Shown: positions 9,938-19,889, counted from the first letter of the stretch. The stretch: DNA of 54,920 nt from Candidatus Heimdallarchaeota archaeon (GCA_019056785.1 DXJV01000082.1:1-54920); one strand, 5' to 3'. The notes: generated by a model from the letters alone, not told the origin. Translations and numbers: made by a program.

Positions 9938-10621
9938 GTGGCTAATTATAAAGAATGGATAAAAACAGGCGCAAGAGGAGCAAGAGCGGAATTCTCTGAT
10001 GCAGACATTTTTACAACTATACTCCTTCTTACAAATGGACCTATGGGGAGGTATCGATTACAAAAAGAACTTAAACTGTCTGAAAGTAGTACAAAATCCC
10101 TTTTGAACTACTGCAAGAAAAAAGCGTTAGTAGAAATTTATTCAACAAGGAAGGGGCATATTTTAAGCAGGAAAGGCAAACAAATTGCTAAAAGACTAAA
10201 CACAATAATTTGTGACCATGGAACATTCCCCGTTCAGATTTTTAAGGATAATGCCCATTATTTTGTCTTTATTGCTAAAAAACCATTTGAGAGTAAATCT
10301 GAGAATGGGAAGGCATCTTTTAAACCTTCTTGGCAGCTTCGTGACATTGCTATTAGTTACGGAGCAAAAGCAATTTTATTTTTGAAAGTACTAGACCCTC
10401 AACACCTTAATTTTCCAGAAGAAGGCCTAACTCTTGAGAAGTATTATCCTATGCTTGAGACAACAATTCTTGAAAAGTTCCAAGAAGCCTTGCAATGCGC
10501 GGCGTTTTTACTTGTTGTTTCAGCGCCCACTTCTGAACAAGCTAGAAAAAGTGCGATCATTAGTTCATTAAAATTCAATGAAAATTTTTACTTTAAAATA
10601 GCCTCTTTGCTTTCTGGCTAA
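9938..10621 (+). CDS. Winged-helix protein with C-terminal domain (DUF4443-like)
   Basis: HTH GPMGRYRLQKELKLSESSTKSLL, wing GHILSRKG, QLRDIAISYGAKA. GTG start after GGAG/AGGA. Confidence 0.65.
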   Translation: MANYKEWIKTGARGARAEFSDADIFTTILLLTNGPMGRYRLQKELKLSESSTKSLLNYCKKKALVEIYSTRKGHILSRKGKQIAKRLNTIICDHGTFPVQIFKDNAHYFVFIAKKPFESKSENGKASFKPSWQLRDIAISYGAKAILFLKVLDPQHLNFPEEGLTLEKYYPMLETTILEKFQEALQCAAFLLVVSAPTSEQARKSAIISSLKFNENFYFKIASLLSG

Positions 10622-10684
10622 CCCCTCCTGCTACCCGCTCCTTTCTGTTAACAAAAAAATTGATAAGTGAGAGTTGTTGTGGAA

Positions 10685-10692
10685 TTTATAAA
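10685..10692 (+). promoter_or_regulatory. Probable TATA box of the P-type ATPase gene
   Basis: TTTATAAA about 60 nt upstream of ATG 10752. Confidence 0.45.
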
Positions 10693-10751
10693 TAACCCGA
10701 GATATTAACAAACATAATTCTATCGGCTTAAATAGTGTTGGCGGTTACAGA

Positions 10752-13700
10752 ATGTTTGGTAAAAGAAAAAAAAGACGGAAAAATAATGACATTCTTTCGA
10801 GTGAGACCAAGGAGGAAATTGCCTATCACACCATGGACACAGGAGAAGTTCTTGATAATCTCGATGTTGATCCTATTAACGGTCTAAGTATGGCAGAAGC
10901 GGAAAGTCGATTTCTTGACTATGGACCAAATATATTAATAGAAAAACGGAAAAAACACCCTATTCTCCTTTTCTTGGGGCAATTTACAGACATCCTTATA
11001 GGCCTTTTAATTGTTGCAGCAATCGTTTCCTTAGCGGTAAATGAACATTATGCATGGAATGAATTTGGTCGGTATATTGAATCGTTGGTCATTCTCGCGA
11101 TTATTATTATGAATGCAATAATTGGTTTTGTGCAAGAATATCAAGCCGAAAAGTCTTTGGAAGAATTAAAGAAGATGGTGAGCAAAGAGGTCCGTGTTAT
11201 TCGTGACGGTGAAGAACACATCATCAATTCCAAATTTTTGACCATAGGCGATATTGTTTTAATTGAGGCAGGTGAAAAAGTTCCAGCAGACATGCGTTTA
11301 GTAGAATCCCGGAGTTTGAAGGTGGACGAAAGCTCACTAACCGGCGAATCAATTAGCTTGAGCAAAGATTCCAAACAGATTATTGACGTAAAAGCAGTTA
11401 TTGGCGACAGACGAAATATGCTTTTTATGGGCACAACAGTTTCTTATGGGCGAGCAAAAGCTGTCGTAGTAAATATTGGTATGCAAACAGAGATGGGTCG
11501 TATTGCTACACTCATGCAAGGTGAAAAAGAAGAACAAACACCCTTACAAAAGAACCTCGACAAACTAGGGAAAATACTTGGACTCACCATTGTTATCATT
11601 TGCGCAATTGTTTTTGCAACCGTTATCATTAAACATTATATCGAATTCAAAAATTTCCAGGGAGTAGCGGATGCGCTTGAAACGGCTCTTGCACTTGCTG
11701 TCTCTGCAGTTCCGGAAGGTTTGCCAGCAGCCATTACCCTCACATATGCCATTGGTGTGCGGCAAATGGCAAAGCAGAATGCCATTGTATCCCGCTTGCC
11801 TGCAGTTGAAACACTTGGAATTGTTGATGTTATTTGCAGTGACAAAACTGGTACACTGACGAAAAACGAAATGACTGTCACAGAGATTCGAACATTGAAA
11901 CGTAAAATCACTGTTACTGGCGTAGGTTATTATCCAGAAGGAACATTTATCGAAGATGGTCAGGAAATCAACCCCTTGGAAAACATCGATTTGCTTCGTA
12001 TTTTACGGACAGCTCTTCTATGCAATAATGCCAAAATAAACATCAACAAAGATACAAAAGAACTCGAGATTATTGGAGACCCAACCGAAGTAGCATTAAT
12101 TACCCTCGCCCAAAAAGGAGGGTTAAAAGATGCGAGCAACTTTCCACGTCTCCTTGAAATTTTCTTTGATTCACAAAGAAAGCGGATGACAACAGTCAAT
12201 CGCCAGATTCAGAAAGCAAAATACGAAGAAGATTTAATAGCATATACCAAAGGTTCTCCTCCGGTAATTCTTGAACGTTGCAACTTCATTTCCATTGATG
12301 GACAAGTTTTTCCAATGTCCGGCGAACAAAAAGAACAGATAATGGCTATTAACAACGATATGGCTTCTCGTGCGCTCCGTGTTCTTGCCTTGGCATTTAA
12401 AGTTGTGGATGAACGACTAGTAGAAGTTGATGACGAGGATTTTTTGGCAGAACAAGAAGAAAAAATAGAATCCGACTTGATTTTCTTAGGACTTGTGGGA
12501 ATGATTGACCCTGCTCGACCGGAAGTCAAAGACGCTCTGGAGAAATGTCGGACTGCAGGCATTAAAGCAGTGATGGTTACTGGTGATCAGAAAATAACTG
12601 CGGAGGCAATTGCAAAAGATATCGGCTTGGTTCAGGGAGATGACTTTGTAACAATTACTGGCACAGAACTCGAAGATATGTCAGAAGAAGAATTGACAGA
12701 AATTATCGATACTGTTAGTATTTTTGCGAGAGTAAGCCCTGAACATAAATATCGTATTGTCAGTACATTCCAAGAAAAAGGCCACACAGTTGCAACAACA
12801 GGAGATGGGGTTAATGATGCCCCCGCTGTTAAAAAAGCGGAAATTGGTGTTGCAATGGGCATCCAAGGAACAGATGTCACTCGCGAAGCTGCTCAGATGG
12901 TTTTAGCTGACGACAATTTTGCTACCATTGTTACTGCCGTTGAACGAGGGCGAACAATCTTTCAAAACATGTTAAAGTTTATTCGATACCTTATAGCTTC
13001 TAACTTCGACGAAATTCTAACTGTTTTTGTTGCCGTTGTATTCTTAGGATTGAAATCGCCTTACACTGCAATTCAAATTCTGTGGATCAATCTTGTTACA
13101 GACGGCCTTCCTGCCATTGCGCTAAGCCTTGATCCACCTTTAGAAGACATCATGAGAGAACCACCCCGGAAAAAAGACAAAGGATTCATGCGTGACATTT
13201 ATGTCTTTTCGATAATTGCTGGATTACTTGCATTTGGTGCTAGTATGATTGTCTTTGTACCATTAGCAGAAATAGGCGAAGCTATGGAAGCAAGTGATGT
13301 TGATCTTGCACTTGCAAATACACCTGTTTGGATCCGTGAATTTGCTTTGAAACTTACAGGAATCAATCGTGGCGGTGTTTTCCCAACAGAAATAGATGCC
13401 TTAAAGTCTATTGACTCTGATGGTTGGTATGCCCATGCTCGAACTTTGAATTTTACAATGTCCATAGTTTTTGAAATGTTTAATGTCTTTATCACTCGAA
13501 CAGGCTTTGAACGCACAACTTTACGAATGAATCCCTTCAATAACAAATGGATCCTAGCATCTATCGGGGTGGCAATGGGATTGCAAATGATTGCTGTTTA
13601 TGTCCCAATGAGCCCAGTTGGCGATGTTAACAATACGATTTTTGACTCCAATCCAATAACATGGGATGCCTGGCTAGTGATAATGGGCATTTGTGTTGTT

Positions 13701-13808
13701 TCGGCATTAATAATGGAATTATCAAAGTTCCTTTTAGGGAAATACGTTTTCCATGAATGGACCGGCGCAAAAACGCGCAAAGCAGAAAAAGCCGCTCAGA
13801 TAAATTAG
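10752..13808 (+). CDS. P-type ATPase, P2A (SERCA-like Ca2+ pump)
   Basis: TGES, PEGLP, DKTGT, GDPTE, DPAR, TGD, TGDGVNDAP; M6 WINLVTDGLPA; ten-TM pattern. Confidence 0.95.
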   Translation: MFGKRKKRRKNNDILSSETKEEIAYHTMDTGEVLDNLDVDPINGLSMAEAESRFLDYGPNILIEKRKKHPILLFLGQFTDILIGLLIVAAIVSLAVNEHYAWNEFGRYIESLVILAIIIMNAIIGFVQEYQAEKSLEELKKMVSKEVRVIRDGEEHIINSKFLTIGDIVLIEAGEKVPADMRLVESRSLKVDESSLTGESISLSKDSKQIIDVKAVIGDRRNMLFMGTTVSYGRAKAVVVNIGMQTEMGRIATLMQGEKEEQTPLQKNLDKLGKILGLTIVIICAIVFATVIIKHYIEFKNFQGVADALETALALAVSAVPEGLPAAITLTYAIGVRQMAKQNAIVSRLPAVETLGIVDVICSDKTGTLTKNEMTVTEIRTLKRKITVTGVGYYPEGTFIEDGQEINPLENIDLLRILRTALLCNNAKININKDTKELEIIGDPTEVALITLAQKGGLKDASNFPRLLEIFFDSQRKRMTTVNRQIQKAKYEEDLIAYTKGSPPVILERCNFISIDGQVFPMSGEQKEQIMAINNDMASRALRVLALAFKVVDERLVEVDDEDFLAEQEEKIESDLIFLGLVGMIDPARPEVKDALEKCRTAGIKAVMVTGDQKITAEAIAKDIGLVQGDDFVTITGTELEDMSEEELTEIIDTVSIFARVSPEHKYRIVSTFQEKGHTVATTGDGVNDAPAVKKAEIGVAMGIQGTDVTREAAQMVLADDNFATIVTAVERGRTIFQNMLKFIRYLIASNFDEILTVFVAVVFLGLKSPYTAIQILWINLVTDGLPAIALSLDPPLEDIMREPPRKKDKGFMRDIYVFSIIAGLLAFGASMIVFVPLAEIGEAMEASDVDLALANTPVWIREFALKLTGINRGGVFPTEIDALKSIDSDGWYAHARTLNFTMSIVFEMFNVFITRTGFERTTLRMNPFNNKWILASIGVAMGLQMIAVYVPMSPVGDVNNTIFDSNPITWDAWLVIMGICVVSALIMELSKFLLGKYVFHEWTGAKTRKAEKAAQIN

Positions 13809-13830
13809 AAAGAAGCTTTTAATGCTTCTT

Positions 13831-14907
13831 CTAATATCCTTTTTCTATATCGATAAGATTTTCCGGTTCTAGGCCTTGATAGATTCGAAGGATATTTTCG
13901 ATCACATCTTGCCAATGTGCACGTTCATACCCCTCTGCGACATGCCCGGCTCGATGAGGGCTTAGAACAACGTTATCAAACTCATGTAGTGGATAATTTG
14001 ACGGAAAAATCTTCAAATCTTTTTCAGACTCTATTTCTCCTTTTTTATTCTTTGTTTCTCTTCGGGGGGGATAATTCCATTGAGGGTCTAATCCAGCTGC
14101 AAATAATTTGCCATTCAACAATGCGTTATAGAGTGCCTTTTCATCGATTGTTGGCCCTCTTCCAACGTTAATAAGAATAACCCCGTCTTTCATCGCAGCA
14201 AACTCTTTATCAGAAAGAAACCCTTTTGTTTCTGCTGTTAAGGGGAGGGAACTGATAATTGCATCAGCTTGACATAAGAACTCATGAACTTCAGTATAAG
14301 CATAGACTTTCTCAACCAAAGTTTTTTGAGCCACAGTGGTTTTTTCCAGTGAGCGTCTACATGCAATTAGTCTTACATCAAAGCATTTCAACATTTTAGC
14401 GCACTCTGTACCAATAGCACCGAAACCCAATAAACCAATGGTTTTTCCTGTGATATTTATTGAGGGGTAATCTTTGAATCGAGAACTCCAATCACCGTTC
14501 CGCAATAATTTATCATGGTGGATGATATTCTTCGCTGCTGTTAATAAGAGCGCGATCCCAAATTCGGCGATTGTTCGGGCATTTCCATGACTGTTTGCAA
14601 CAGGAACCTGAAACTTCTTAGTAAGATTGAGATCCAATCGGTCCACACCTGTCCAGGGAATGAGGATGACTTTCAATTTGCCATCAAATTGTGGCGTGGC
14701 TTGTTGAAGAATTTCTTCTGTGACATAAGGACCAAGTAAAATTTCAGCATCTTTTACCGCAGCAATAATTTCAGGGTCTTGATTTGGTGGGATGCCTTGA
14801 TAGTCTTCACCACGTATTTTCGCGATTATTTCAATATCTTTTGGGAGTTTATCGCGAAGAAAATCAAAGGCATCTTTATTTAATGGATATAAAAATACAA
14901 TACGCAT
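13831..14907 (-). CDS. D-isomer-specific 2-hydroxyacid dehydrogenase
   Basis: GLLGFGAIG Rossmann motif, LPLTAET, INVGRG, LSPH. Start moved from TTG 14928 to ATG 14907 (MRIVFL). Confidence 0.9.
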   Translation of the reverse strand: MRIVFLYPLNKDAFDFLRDKLPKDIEIIAKIRGEDYQGIPPNQDPEIIAAVKDAEILLGPYVTEEILQQATPQFDGKLKVILIPWTGVDRLDLNLTKKFQVPVANSHGNARTIAEFGIALLLTAAKNIIHHDKLLRNGDWSSRFKDYPSINITGKTIGLLGFGAIGTECAKMLKCFDVRLIACRRSLEKTTVAQKTLVEKVYAYTEVHEFLCQADAIISSLPLTAETKGFLSDKEFAAMKDGVILINVGRGPTIDEKALYNALLNGKLFAAGLDPQWNYPPRRETKNKKGEIESEKDLKIFPSNYPLHEFDNVVLSPHRAGHVAEGYERAHWQDVIENILRIYQGLEPENLIDIEKGY

Positions 14908-14990
14908 GATAGAACTCACAAAAGACAAGAAGTAAAAGCGGGATTTTAACTTTGTTCTTTAGTTTTGAAACAAAAAAAAGAGAAATTTTT

Positions 14991-15009
14991 CCGCGCATAA
15001 AAAGCGCGG
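14991..15009 (-). terminator. GC-rich hairpin followed by a U-rich tract
   Basis: CCGCGC-N7-GCGCGG just downstream of the stop at 15021; minus strand continues into CTCTTTTTTTG. Confidence 0.55.
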
Positions 15010-15020
15010 TTCACGTACTT

Positions 15021-15575
15021 TTAATAATAGGAATCGTAGCTTTCTTCTTTCTTCCGGGTGATTAAGCCACCGATTAATCCTGCGAATAAACTAACAACAG
15101 ATGCTAATGCGCCAAAAATTGCACCAATTATAAGAGCGAAAAAGACAAATTTCGAATTTACGAAATCTTCAACATCATTAATTGTAGGTGCATTTGTAGT
15201 TATCCAGTTGTAGATAGTGTTGTAAATTTCTGTTCCACTTTGGATGCCCACTAAACTTAGAAAGTTTGATACTAAAGTATCAACGTCCGACGCACTTGAA
15301 ATTAACGCAAGTATTTGGGCTTTGTAATATAGCCATGTAAAGAGAAAAACACCAAGAAAGACAAGTAATCCTGAGAAGAGACCGGCTAAAGCGCCACTAC
15401 CGGCTCCTTTTGCAACAACTCCACCGACAAAACCGCCGATTAATAAACCGCCGATTGAAATTAAGAGGATGGCCCACCACGGAACAAGAGTCCCCAGAAA
15501 GGTTATGCCAATGATAGAACCAGTGCTGATTACTCCTGCTATTAAAGCTCCGAGTAATATACTTCCAAATGACAT
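15021..15575 (-). CDS. Gly-rich integral membrane protein (DUF5518-like)
   Basis: About four GxxxG-rich TMs (GGLLIGGFVGG, GALAGLFSG, AGLIGGLI); GGTG SD. Confidence 0.65.
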   Translation of the reverse strand: MSFGSILLGALIAGVISTGSIIGITFLGTLVPWWAILLISIGGLLIGGFVGGVVAKGAGSGALAGLFSGLLVFLGVFLFTWLYYKAQILALISSASDVDTLVSNFLSLVGIQSGTEIYNTIYNWITTNAPTINDVEDFVNSKFVFFALIIGAIFGALASVVSLFAGLIGGLITRKKEESYDSYY

Positions 15576-15687
15576 GATGTATACACCAATTATTACCGAA
15601 TATTCTGTGATAATTTGGAGCTTATCAAATAAAAACCTTTCATATTAAATGATGGAGAAGGAGGAAAGAAAGAAAAGTAGAAGTTTT

Positions 15688-16128
15688 TTACCCTTCTACT
15701 TCTTCAATTAACTTGACTTTGACATCCATTGGGATGTTTGCTTTTTCATAGAGTGCTCCAACCGGGCAAGTTTTCATGGTTAAATCAAGGCATTTCTCCA
15801 ATTTTGCCATAGGAGCATTTGTTTTCACATAAACAGTTGCATGTACTGCTTTAACTGTGGGGTCATCTTCTCCCTTTTCAGCTTCCAAATCGACTTTTAG
15901 GCGCTGAATCTTTAAACGCATTTTATCAGCTACAACTTTATAAATCGTGCCAATGCATCCTGCGAGACTCATGACTAAATATTCAAGAGCTGTGGGAGCT
16001 ATATCATCCCCTTTTCCAGCAGGCAAGTCCATTAGAACTGCGTGCTGTCGACCATTATTTACAACAGCTTGATATTTATCAATCAGGGTATAAGTTGATT
16101 TCGTTTGTAGTGTTCCTCCTGAGATCAA
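15688..16128 (-). CDS. OsmC/Ohr family protein (copy 1)
   Basis: PTALEYLVMSLAGC and TCPV catalytic Cys pair. Start uncertain (TTG 16128, or CTA 16110 after AGGAGG). Confidence 0.88.
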   Translation of the reverse strand: MISGGTLQTKSTYTLIDKYQAVVNNGRQHAVLMDLPAGKGDDIAPTALEYLVMSLAGCIGTIYKVVADKMRLKIQRLKVDLEAEKGEDDPTVKAVHATVYVKTNAPMAKLEKCLDLTMKTCPVGALYEKANIPMDVKVKLIEEVEG

Positions 16129-16231
16129 GGATATTCAGTAAAAGCATATTTCTTACCAATATAACTCTTATGATTAAGCTAATTTATACAAAAAATGGAG
16201 AGGTTATTATAATTAAGCCCTCAGGAAGATT

Positions 16232-16642
16232 TCAGCTGATTTGTAATTCAACTGTGATTGGTATTTTGGTCTGTTGGAAAATGTTATCAACAGGACAATT
16301 TTTTTCAGCAAGGGTTAAGGCACATTCTAGCTTTGTAACCTCTGCGCCGGACTTCACATTCACAATATTGATATGAATGCTTTCTAAGAATATTTCCTCT
16401 CTTTTCTTTGCAGCTGCTTTAATTTCGAGGGTTTTAAATTGTAAGTGCATCTTTTGAAGAGTCATATTAAAAGTAGTCCCTAAACAACCGGCAAGTGACA
16501 TTATTGCCAGTTCCAATGCCTTTGGTACACTATCTTCTCCGCCATATTTCTCTGGTGTGTCAAGTACAATTGCGGGATGGCGACCATTTTCTACTTCGAA
16601 CTTATTTTTTTCAATCCATCTACTAACTATTTCCTTAAGAAT
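16232..16642 (-). CDS. OsmC/Ohr family protein (copy 2), extended 5' of the track call; non-canonical start or decaying gene
   Basis: SLAGC and NCPV. Frame stays open to 16699 and encodes ILKEIVSRWIEKNKFEVENGRHPAIVLDTPEKYGGEDSVPKA, homologous to the copy 1 N-terminus; no ATG/GTG/TTG upstream of 16516. Confidence 0.8.
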   Translation of the reverse strand: MLKEIVSRWIEKNKFEVENGRHPAIVLDTPEKYGGEDSVPKALELAIMSLAGCLGTTFNMTLQKMHLQFKTLEIKAAAKKREEIFLESIHINIVNVKSGAEVTKLECALTLAEKNCPVDNIFQQTKIPITVELQIS

Positions 16643-16875
16643 ATCTCCGAATTTTTTCTCAGTTGAAAGATTGGCAGTAGGGATTAAAACAATAATTCTT
16701 TATTTTTTAATATAAAATAAGAGAGAAAAATTTCTTTACAAAGGTTCTAAGCAAATTTACCTTTCTTGCTAAAAAGGCACAAGTAAAATTCCCCATTAAA
16801 GTAGAAGAATGGTTATTTTTTACCTATATTCCTAATTGGGAAAATATTTAATGTGATAAATGCTTAGTTAAAGAT

Positions 16876-17673
16876 ATGACAGCTGATGAAGAACTAACAA
16901 CTGAAAAAGGCGGTTATGGAACAGCCATTAGTTATACTATTACTGTTTTCGGTCTCTTGCTAATCGCCTTTCCTGCACTTTTCATCTTAATTGGGGGAAA
17001 TTTGTCGACAATTGAGGATCTTCTCAACCAACCTCTTCTCTTTTTAGTCACGTTCTTAGTTGGAGCTGGCTTGGCCATTTTAGGCTTGCTAGCTCTTGTT
17101 ATTCTCGGTTTCGTTAATATGGCTCGAAAGAAAAAAGCTCCTGGGTTAAAAAAAGAACAAGAAGAAGCTGAAGAAGAGATAGAAGAAAAAGAAGAGATCA
17201 AAGAAGTGGCAAGTGAAGTAGAGGAGCATAAAAGTATTCTAGAAAAGGAAGAAAAAGTCTTTGAGGGAGCAGTTGAAGAAGCAGTTGAGGACAGTATCGA
17301 GGAAGCTATTGAAGAAGTAGTTGAAGAAACAGCAGAACATCCCATCGATGAAGAAACTATTGAAGAGGTAGCAGAAGAGATCGCAGAAGAAATCTTAGAA
17401 GAGGAGGAGGAAAATGAGGGTGAAATGGAAAAAGAGGAAGAAAAAGAAGAAAAAATAGATGAAGCAGTATCTGCAGAGGAAAAACCAAGCATTCCAGAAG
17501 AAGAGATACAAGAAAGCAAAGAAGTGCAAGAAGGAAGAGAAGAAACAGAAGAAACAATAACTGAAGAAACAACAGAAGGGCAAGTAGAAAAAATAGCAGA
17601 AAAAAGTGCTACTGAAGATATTCCAGAAAACGAAGAATCATCTGTTAGTGAAGAAAGCGGGGAAGAAAATTAA
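16876..17673 (+). CDS. Two-TM protein with long Glu-rich disordered tail
   Basis: Two hydrophobic helices, RKKK stop-transfer, then about 170 aa dominated by Glu with EEAVEE/EEAIEE/EEVVEE/EEVAEE units. Confidence 0.85.
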   Translation: MTADEELTTEKGGYGTAISYTITVFGLLLIAFPALFILIGGNLSTIEDLLNQPLLFLVTFLVGAGLAILGLLALVILGFVNMARKKKAPGLKKEQEEAEEEIEEKEEIKEVASEVEEHKSILEKEEKVFEGAVEEAVEDSIEEAIEEVVEETAEHPIDEETIEEVAEEIAEEILEEEEENEGEMEKEEEKEEKIDEAVSAEEKPSIPEEEIQESKEVQEGREETEETITEETTEGQVEKIAEKSATEDIPENEESSVSEESGEEN

Positions 17674-17785
17674 AACAGCCGACTTTTTTTCTCTTTTCAG
17701 TCAAACAAGACTTCAACTGCATAATTACATTTTTATCAGAAGTTAATTATTTCATTTTGAAAACAAAAGACGAAGAGTCGATAAT

Positions 17786-18304
17786 ATGAGTCAAATAGAT
17801 AGGTATTCGCTAAGGGTTTCTACAGAATACATCTATACCTTACTTGCTCTTGAACTCGTCTTAAATCTTGGTATATTTGGAATTTTATATTTTATTATTT
17901 ACAAGAAGATTATTGTCGGTTCCCCTAAAGAAAATCTCTATTCACAGCTTCTTTGGGGTATTTTTGTGATTGTGATGTTTTTCACTTTCGCTGTCACCTT
18001 TGTTTTCGCAAATGGCCCTCGCTATTGGGTCGATAGTAAACACATTGAAAAATGGCTCATTTACCAGCCAAAGAAAAAAGAAGGCCTTGAATTTAAAGAA
18101 GTTACAGCCATTCAGATTAGAACTTTTCCAATTGCCTCTGTGGCATTTAATTTTGGAACTATTGTCTTTTTTGTTACTCGAGAGGGTAAACAAAGAAAAG
18201 CAATGAAATTAATTGGAATCAAGGATTATTATAATATTTATCTTGATATAATTAAAAGAACAAATGTAAAAGAACTTTCGAAGGATGATCTCTTGAAAAT
18301 TTAA
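17786..18304 (+). CDS. Two-TM protein with bacterial-type PH domain
   Basis: Two TMs then RYWVDSKHI...FKEVTAIQIR...FNFGTIVF, a bPH_2-like pattern. Confidence 0.7.
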   Translation: MSQIDRYSLRVSTEYIYTLLALELVLNLGIFGILYFIIYKKIIVGSPKENLYSQLLWGIFVIVMFFTFAVTFVFANGPRYWVDSKHIEKWLIYQPKKKEGLEFKEVTAIQIRTFPIASVAFNFGTIVFFVTREGKQRKAMKLIGIKDYYNIYLDIIKRTNVKELSKDDLLKI

Positions 18305-19719
18305 TCCTGAAGGGAATCAATTTTCTTTTGAAGAAGCTTCTTCGTTTTCCGCGAATGTATTTTATAGAGAATGACCGTTGGAAGCAAAATTAATGCAAGT
18401 GCTCCAAGAATGAGGAGAACATAAATTGTCACCTGACTCGAGGTGAAAGTGAATTTTATTAGCGAAATTTCATCTGACCATGTGTTATCCAGAAATCGTA
18501 TACGATAAAATAACTGGTAATTCCCATTTCGATAATCAAGCCAGAAGCAATGCAAATTTCCAATAGTATCTGCTATTATCTGTGGCTTTATTGCCGGATT
18601 ATTTGCCAAAGATACATGCTCGCTTTTTTGCCAACCAAAAATAATGTCACGCCCTCGCAACTCGATGCCCATATGATTGTAATAGACTTCCCGGACCTCA
18701 TAAGCCAACCATAGCTTTTCAAATGCATCAATAGCCACGGAAGGGCTTTTGGCATCGGAAAAACTCGATGTCTGGTCAATAGAACTATAGGGCGCTATTT
18801 GCTCTGCAGTTGACCAAGGTTGACCAATCTTTTTTTCGCTCGTCTGTATGTTAATTGTACCGAGATCCGCTCCAGGGTTCTCAACAGTATGATTGATCCA
18901 AAAAACGAACAGTCTATCTCCCTGCCCGACAATTGTCGGCTCGCGACAACTGGTATCACCATTGGTTAAAATTTCAGTTGAAATTTGTGTACCATTGATG
19001 AAGATGCTACGATAGTAGATTTGTTCAAAATTTGTGCTGTTCTCAGCCCAGACATAATGTACAGTATTGTTACTATCAATGAAAAAATCTATATCATAAC
19101 AATTGTAACTGTTTTCAATTGTAAGATTAAAAATCGGGCTCCAGACTTTGGAACTAAGATTGTAGAACCGGCTGTAAAGATTAAAAGATCCCAAATGATT
19201 ATCTTTCCATGCAACAGCAATTGCGTTTTTTCCTCGAAACGGTTTCATAATTGCATCTGTTATAGTAAATGCAGAAGAATTATAATTATAGAATTGTTGC
19301 CAGCTACTTCCATCTGTATTATTTTTGGTTAATATTAAGAATCCTTTATCGCCTCCGGCTCTAAAAAGAACAATAACCCAATAAGTCCCATGTAAGAGAA
19401 AAGCACTTGGTTCACCATAAACAGAGAAGGAGCTGTTGGAAGAAAGGAGAAGCTCGGGTTCAGTTTTCCACTCAAAGTCACTTGTAGAAGTTAATATTTT
19501 AAGCTTGTTTAATCCGTTTTTGAACTCATTATAAATGGCAACAAGTCTATTTTCAGGAGCAATTGTACAGCCAAAAGAGGTGATGAAATGGCTTTCAATA
19601 CTATTCATCGGGAGAAAATTCCTTTGAACGATTGACCCACCATATGCTATTGAGAGCCAGCAAAAATTGCACCCAAGCAAGAATAGGAACGTAAATGAAA
19701 AAAGGTGAGTGCTTCGCAT
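18301..19719 (-). CDS. Membrane-anchored extracellular beta-propeller (BNR/sialidase-like) protein
   Basis: Signal peptide, repeated blades (P-x-I-x-x-D...H-x-x-W...IYYR...WS), many N-x-S/T sequons, C-terminal TM and basic tail. Confidence 0.75.
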   Translation of the reverse strand: MRSTHLFSFTFLFLLGCNFCWLSIAYGGSIVQRNFLPMNSIESHFITSFGCTIAPENRLVAIYNEFKNGLNKLKILTSTSDFEWKTEPELLLSSNSSFSVYGEPSAFLLHGTYWVIVLFRAGGDKGFLILTKNNTDGSSWQQFYNYNSSAFTITDAIMKPFRGKNAIAVAWKDNHLGSFNLYSRFYNLSSKVWSPIFNLTIENSYNCYDIDFFIDSNNTVHYVWAENSTNFEQIYYRSIFINGTQISTEILTNGDTSCREPTIVGQGDRLFVFWINHTVENPGADLGTINIQTSEKKIGQPWSTAEQIAPYSSIDQTSSFSDAKSPSVAIDAFEKLWLAYEVREVYYNHMGIELRGRDIIFGWQKSEHVSLANNPAIKPQIIADTIGNLHCFWLDYRNGNYQLFYRIRFLDNTWSDEISLIKFTFTSSQVTIYVLLILGALALILLPTVILYKIHSRKTKKLLQKKIDSLQD

Positions 19720-19889
19720 TTACAGTAATTATAGTTTTAACTTACTTTAAAGTTTGCATTTGATCTTTCTCTTTCACACTTATTTCAAGTCAAAAAGTAG
19801 AAAGCAAATAAAATACCTTTGCTTGATAAGAAAAGTTCTTATAATCTAGATAAAGTAGTTATCCATCAAAAACATATTTGGTGAATGAT

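Noticed and set aside
11141-13780. Multiple antisense ORFs inside the P-type ATPase
   Set aside because: Typical stop-poor reverse frames of a long conserved gene.
16232-16234. Possible TGA readthrough joining the two OsmC genes
   Set aside because: The domain is complete at the TGA and the frame hits TAA about 16 codons later with no homology.
16932-17583. Ser- or Phe/Leu-rich minus-strand ORFs (195, 71 and 62 aa)
   Set aside because: Antisense shadows of the GAA-rich Glu tail of 16876..17673.
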